Shown piece after piece: positions 59,765 to 64,000 of a stretch of 64,000 nt of DNA. Source of the stretch: Alphaproteobacteria bacterium (GTDB lineage: Bacteria > Pseudomonadota > Alphaproteobacteria > Bin95); the NCBI GenBank assembly GCA_965205265.1, contig CBDBGH010000003.1, positions 2,720,001 to 2,784,000 of the forward strand. Direction: 5' to 3'. The position numbers and the translations under genes are program-made. The stretch's first letter is position 1. The number at the start of each line of letters is the position of its first letter. Below the pieces are notes generated by a model, which was given only the letters and a program-made list of their open reading frames with translations, was not told where the DNA came from and ran no database searches.

Positions 59765-61261
59765 ATGAGGAAGGGAACGATCCTGGGTTTCGCCGCCGTG
59801 TGCCTCGTCGTTCTGGTGCAGGACAGGGAGGATGCGCTGGCCGCCGGGCAGCCGGAGACGGTCCGGCTCACTCTGGCCGAGGCGGTGGAACGGGCGTTGC
59901 GCCGCAACCCGAAGCTCGTGGAAGCCAGGCTCGACCGGACTCTAGAGAAGTTCGACCTCGAACAGGCCGAAGCCATGTTTGCGCCGGAGGTGAGTTTCGG
60001 CACAGCAGCTACCGGTTACAAGCTCGACCGGGGCGCGGACACAAGGAGCTACGAGTTCCGTGCAGGGCCCAGCGTGACTATGAAGCTGCCCACGGGCGGA
60101 GAGATCGGCGTCAAACCGGCCTGGACCGCGACGCTCGACCGTACCGGCGAACCCGGCCAAGTTTACGATGCGACGATGGAGTTGTCCTTCTCGCATCCGC
60201 TGCTGAAGGGCGCGGGGCTGGACGCCGGCCTGGCGCCGATCAGGCTCGCGCGCATAGCGGAGGAGAGCAATGTCCTGAAACTCAGGGCCGACGCGATGGA
60301 TGTCGTCACCTCGGTGATCGAGGCCTACCGCGCGGCGATCCGGGCGGAGAAACAGGTCGAGATCGACGAGGGCGCGCTGCAGCGCGCAAAGGAAACGCTT
60401 GAGGTCAACCGGCTGCTCGTCGACACCGGCAGGATGGCGCGGGCGGATATCGTTCAGACCGAGGCCGACATCGCGAGGCGGGAACTGGACGTGGTCCGCA
60501 GCCGGGACCGCATGGACGACGCCGGGAGGAAGCTGAACGTCCTTCTCGATCTGGACAGCGGCATCCGGCTCGTGCCCGTCGATCCGCTGACCGTCGAACC
60601 GCACCGGCCCGACCTGGAGGCCATCCGGGCGCTGGGCCGGGAACGCAACCCCGGCTATCTCGGGGCGCGGCTGGCCCTGCGGGCCGCCGAGATCCGGCTG
60701 GAGCAGGCGGAGGACAACTCGCTCTGGGACCTGTCGTTCACGGCCAGGGCCGAGTTCGGGGGACAAGGCGGTTCGTTCGGTTCGGGGCTGGGAGACCTGG
60801 CCGGCGATAGCAGGAACGAGGGCGCCTATTCCCTCGGCCTCGCCCTGAGCGTACCGCTGGGCGACACGGCGGCGAAGGCCGCCAAACGGGCGCAACTGGC
60901 TGCGCGGCTGGACCGCCGGAAGGCGGAGCGCGCGCTGGCGACGGCCGCGCGCGAGTTGGACACCGGCCTGCTCAACGCGGTGCGCGCGGTGGAGCTGGGG
61001 CTGACGCAAATGGAGCTGGCGCGCCAGGCGCTGGCGCTCGCCGAGGAAAAACTCCGGATCGAACAGGGGAAGCTCCGGCTGGGCCTGACGTCGAATTACC
61101 GGCTGGCCTCCTTCCAGACCGATCTCGTCAATGCGCAGGTCAGCGAGCTCGATGCAAAGGTCGGGTATCTGAACGCGGTTGCGGCGCTCGACAGGGCGGC
61201 GGGCACGGTCCTCGATACCTGGAATATCGATATCCGCAGCCTGTCCGAGGACCGGAAATGA
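59765..61261 (+). CDS. TolC-family outer-membrane factor
   Basis: Signal peptide, LTLAEAVERALRRNP, two OEP-like coiled-coil repeats. Confidence 0.88.
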   Translation: MRKGTILGFAAVCLVVLVQDREDALAAGQPETVRLTLAEAVERALRRNPKLVEARLDRTLEKFDLEQAEAMFAPEVSFGTAATGYKLDRGADTRSYEFRAGPSVTMKLPTGGEIGVKPAWTATLDRTGEPGQVYDATMELSFSHPLLKGAGLDAGLAPIRLARIAEESNVLKLRADAMDVVTSVIEAYRAAIRAEKQVEIDEGALQRAKETLEVNRLLVDTGRMARADIVQTEADIARRELDVVRSRDRMDDAGRKLNVLLDLDSGIRLVPVDPLTVEPHRPDLEAIRALGRERNPGYLGARLALRAAEIRLEQAEDNSLWDLSFTARAEFGGQGGSFGSGLGDLAGDSRNEGAYSLGLALSVPLGDTAAKAAKRAQLAARLDRRKAERALATAARELDTGLLNAVRAVELGLTQMELARQALALAEEKLRIEQGKLRLGLTSNYRLASFQTDLVNAQVSELDAKVGYLNAVAALDRAAGTVLDTWNIDIRSLSEDRK

Positions 61262-63060
61262 GCGCGCCGGTTCACGAGGCCATTCTGGATGACATGGACG
61301 ACGGCGTCGTGTCGATCGCGAAGGACGGCAGCATCATATTCGTCAACGCGGCCGCCGCGCGCATTCTCGGACTGGAGGGCGCCCGGGTCGAGGGCCGCAA
61401 GTTCGGCGAGGTCTTTGCGGCGCTGGAAGGCCTGGACCCGTTCACCGAAACCGTTCTCGACGCGGTCGGCGAGGAGCAGGATATCGGCCGGAAGGCCATC
61501 GAGATCCACGCCGGGGGCGAACGGCGCCTGCTGAAGATCGGCACGTCCTGGCTGCATTCCGGCAAGGGGGCGGACAGCCGGCGCGCGGGCATCGTTGCGG
61601 TCTTCTCGGATATCACGGAAATCCAGGAGTTGCGCGAGACGGAAATCAGGCTGGGCGAGAGGATCAGGGAGCAGTACGGCGAGCTCCAGGACGCCTACCG
61701 CAAGATCGAGGAGAGCAACAGCGAACTGTCGTCGACGCTTCGGCGCGTGCAGGCGATAAAGGTCGTCGCCGCCGCGGTGGCCGCGATTATTCTCGGCGCC
61801 GGATACTACGCCTGGCGAACGACCCAGGGCCCCATTGCCGCCGAGGCGGCGGCGCCGGCGGGAGAAGGCGGGCAACCCGCCACCCTGGTCGTCCAGCCCC
61901 GGCAATTGCGCTCGACCGTGTCCTTCCCCGGTCGGCTTGGACCGCGGCGGCAAACGAATGTCGTCAGCCCGGTCCCCGGCGTTGTGAGCGCGCTGCATTT
62001 CCAGTACGGCGACAAGGTCGAGAAAGGGCAGGTTCTGCTTGAACTCGACATTTCGAAGATCGTTCGGGAACACCGGTCGGTGCGGGCGAAATACATCGAG
62101 ACCGTCAAGCGCGCCAAGGAACTTGAGGACTGGGAGAGCGGCCCCGAAATGCTGGCCGCGCATCGCGCCCTGGACCGGTCCCGGCGCACCCTCGACAGGC
62201 AGAAGCGGAAGCTGGAGCAGACCGCCTTTCTGCTCGAAAGCGGCGTGATCCCCGCATCGGAACACGAAGCGGCCCTGGAGCAGTACGAAAGCCTCAAGGT
62301 CGAGCACCGGACGACGGAGGAGAAGCTCGAGGCGGTGCGGGAACGGGGCGGCGCTGCGGCCAGGGAGGTGTCGAAGCTGGAATTGCAGACGGTGGAGGAG
62401 CAGCTCCGCGAGTTGGAGGCTGCGATGGAGCTGTCTGCTGTGCGGGCGCCGATATCGGGCATCGTCGCGCAACCGGCTCAGGACCGCCTGGGCTTCCCGG
62501 GACAATCGGATGGGGGCAGGCTTCCCCTGAAGGGAACGCAGGTATCGCGCGGGCAACTTCTGCTGACCGTTGCGGATGTCGAATCCCTCTCCGTCAAGGG
62601 GTCCGTCGATGAAGTGGAGGTGACGAAGCTGCGTGTGGGGCAACCGGTCGCCGTCACCGGGGATGCGTTCGCCGGCGTTGCGCTCTCCGGCGCCCTCAGC
62701 AGCGTCTCTTCGCAGGCCGCCAATGCCGTGTCGCATGGCAACCAGCCCGCGCTTTTCAGCTTTGTCGCCGCGCTCGACGAATTGGGCCCGGGGGTCCGGC
62801 AACGGTTGCGGCTGGGCATGACGGTCGATGTCGAGGTCGTAATCGAGGACATGCCCGAAGCATTGCTCGTCCCGCTTCGGGCGGTGCAGCGGCGAGGCGA
62901 TTCGCTGTCCGTCCGGGTCCTGGACCGGGCCACCGGCGAAATACGGGCCGTGGAGGTCGAAACCGGGACGACGACCCGCGACTCGGTGCATGTCAGGCGC
63001 GGGCTCTCCGCCGGCGATACGATCGTTCTCGACGACAGGGACAGCGGGCCCCGCGGATGA
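61258..63060 (+). CDS. PAS domain fused to a MacA/HlyD-like periplasmic adaptor
   Basis: ILDDMDDGVVSI..G.IIFVNAAAARILG...VFSDITE (PAS), coiled coil, TM, GDKVEKGQVL, VRAPISGIV, LRLGMT, GLSAGD. Confidence 0.85.
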   Translation: MSAPVHEAILDDMDDGVVSIAKDGSIIFVNAAAARILGLEGARVEGRKFGEVFAALEGLDPFTETVLDAVGEEQDIGRKAIEIHAGGERRLLKIGTSWLHSGKGADSRRAGIVAVFSDITEIQELRETEIRLGERIREQYGELQDAYRKIEESNSELSSTLRRVQAIKVVAAAVAAIILGAGYYAWRTTQGPIAAEAAAPAGEGGQPATLVVQPRQLRSTVSFPGRLGPRRQTNVVSPVPGVVSALHFQYGDKVEKGQVLLELDISKIVREHRSVRAKYIETVKRAKELEDWESGPEMLAAHRALDRSRRTLDRQKRKLEQTAFLLESGVIPASEHEAALEQYESLKVEHRTTEEKLEAVRERGGAAAREVSKLELQTVEEQLRELEAAMELSAVRAPISGIVAQPAQDRLGFPGQSDGGRLPLKGTQVSRGQLLLTVADVESLSVKGSVDEVEVTKLRVGQPVAVTGDAFAGVALSGALSSVSSQAANAVSHGNQPALFSFVAALDELGPGVRQRLRLGMTVDVEVVIEDMPEALLVPLRAVQRRGDSLSVRVLDRATGEIRAVEVETGTTTRDSVHVRRGLSAGDTIVLDDRDSGPRG

Positions 63061-63788
63061 TCCGGCTCGAAGGCATCCGCAAGAGCTATCGGGTCGGCCC
63101 GGTGATGGTGGACGTCCTCAACGGCGTCTCGCTCGAAGTGCGGGCAGGCGATCTGCTGTCCGTCATGGGTCCTTCGGGATGCGGCAAGTCAACGCTCATG
63201 AACATCATCGGGCTTCTGGACCGGCCGACGAGCGGCTCCTATTTCCTGAACGGGCGCGATGCGGCCGGCATGGGCGACGACGAAGTCTCGGCGGTGCGGA
63301 ACGCCAATATCGGGTTCGTGTTCCAGTCCTTCCACCTGCTGCCCCGGCTGACGGCGGCGCAAAATGCGGGGCTTCCGCTCATATACAGGGGCGAGCCGGA
63401 GGACCGGATCAGGCGGCAGGCCGTCGAAGCGCTGGACCGGGTGGGCCTGGCGGACCGGGCCGGGCATCGGCCCAACCAGCTTTCCGGCGGCCAGCAGCAA
63501 CGCGTCGCGGTGGCGCGCGCCCTCATCGGGAGCCCGTCCGTCATCCTCGCCGACGAGCCGACGGGCGCTCTCGATCCCGATACCGGCCGGGAAATCATGG
63601 ACATGTTCGAACGGCTGAGCTCCGAGCAGCAGATGGCCGTGGTGATCGTCACCCACAGCCCGGAGGTTTCCGAGCGGTGCCGCCGGCGCGCCCGCGTCGA
63701 GGACGGACTCGTGCGGGAAGAGCGAGCCGACGGGGCTGCGGCGCAGCAGGACGGGCGCAGCGGCGGCGGTCGTGCTTTCCAGGGCTAA
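63057..63788 (+). CDS. MacB/LolD-type ABC ATP-binding protein
   Basis: GPSGCGKST, IGFVFQSFHL, LSGGQQQRVAVARAL, ADEPTGALD. Confidence 0.93.
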   Translation: MIRLEGIRKSYRVGPVMVDVLNGVSLEVRAGDLLSVMGPSGCGKSTLMNIIGLLDRPTSGSYFLNGRDAAGMGDDEVSAVRNANIGFVFQSFHLLPRLTAAQNAGLPLIYRGEPEDRIRRQAVEALDRVGLADRAGHRPNQLSGGQQQRVAVARALIGSPSVILADEPTGALDPDTGREIMDMFERLSSEQQMAVVIVTHSPEVSERCRRRARVEDGLVREERADGAAAQQDGRSGGGRAFQG

Positions 63789-64000
63789 CGTCAAGGAAGC
63801 CGTCGCCAGCCTTGCGGGCATTCGCGGCCGCAGCATTCTTGCGCTGTTCGGCATCGTGGTCGGCATCGGCTCGGTGATCGCGATGATCTCGACGGGCGAG
63901 ATCGTGAAGGAACAGGCGCTGAAGCAGTTCGAGGGGCTCGGCACCGATATCCTGGCGATCCGCCGGGTGCATACCCGGGTTCGGGGGAAGACCCTGAAAT
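63772..64000 (+). CDS. MacB-type ABC permease, N-terminus (runs off the window)
   Basis: GTG start, RSILALFGIVVGIGSVIAMISTGE...LGTD. Confidence 0.85.
   Translation, partial: MLSRANVKEAVASLAGIRGRSILALFGIVVGIGSVIAMISTGEIVKEQALKQFEGLGTDILAIRRVHTRVRGKTLK

Noticed and set aside
1-64000. tRNA or rRNA genes
   Set aside because: None recognised by eye; tRNAscan-SE or Infernal would be needed to exclude them.

Overview
GC-rich alphaproteobacterial DNA; the gene order rnd-kdsD-lptCAB-rpoN-hpf-ptsN and the REP-like palindromes fit this class. A host-associated marine lifestyle is only an inference from the adhesin and lectin content. About 1-21.9 kb is core and catabolic: ThDP decarboxylase pair, MFS, rpoN/lpt operon, TRAP transporter, hydantoinase/oxoprolinase A+B, Asp/Glu racemase-family enzyme, class IV aminotransferase, a flavoprotein and a 5'-truncated dimethylformamidase-like gene. 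An accessory island starts at about 21.9 kb. It holds two tandem tyrosine integrases, a low-GC NDT/TIR-like + P-loop ATPase gene (candidate defence protein), and an IS66 (8-bp TSD) containing a 4.1-kb IS21 with two passenger genes (5-bp TSD). It also holds two Slam/type XI translocators with three TbpB-like cargo genes, one split by an IS1634 flanked by a 457-bp direct repeat and preceded by a (GAGCGCC)19 tract, plus a porin, an autotransporter-like adhesin and IS remnants. The most notable feature is a tandem array of five secreted cyanovirin-N-like (CVNH) genes with repeated leaders and a hypervariable Cys-bounded loop. The window ends with lnt and a TolC / PAS-fused MacA-like / MacB-like operon. 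All family calls come from reading motifs by eye; no database search was run.
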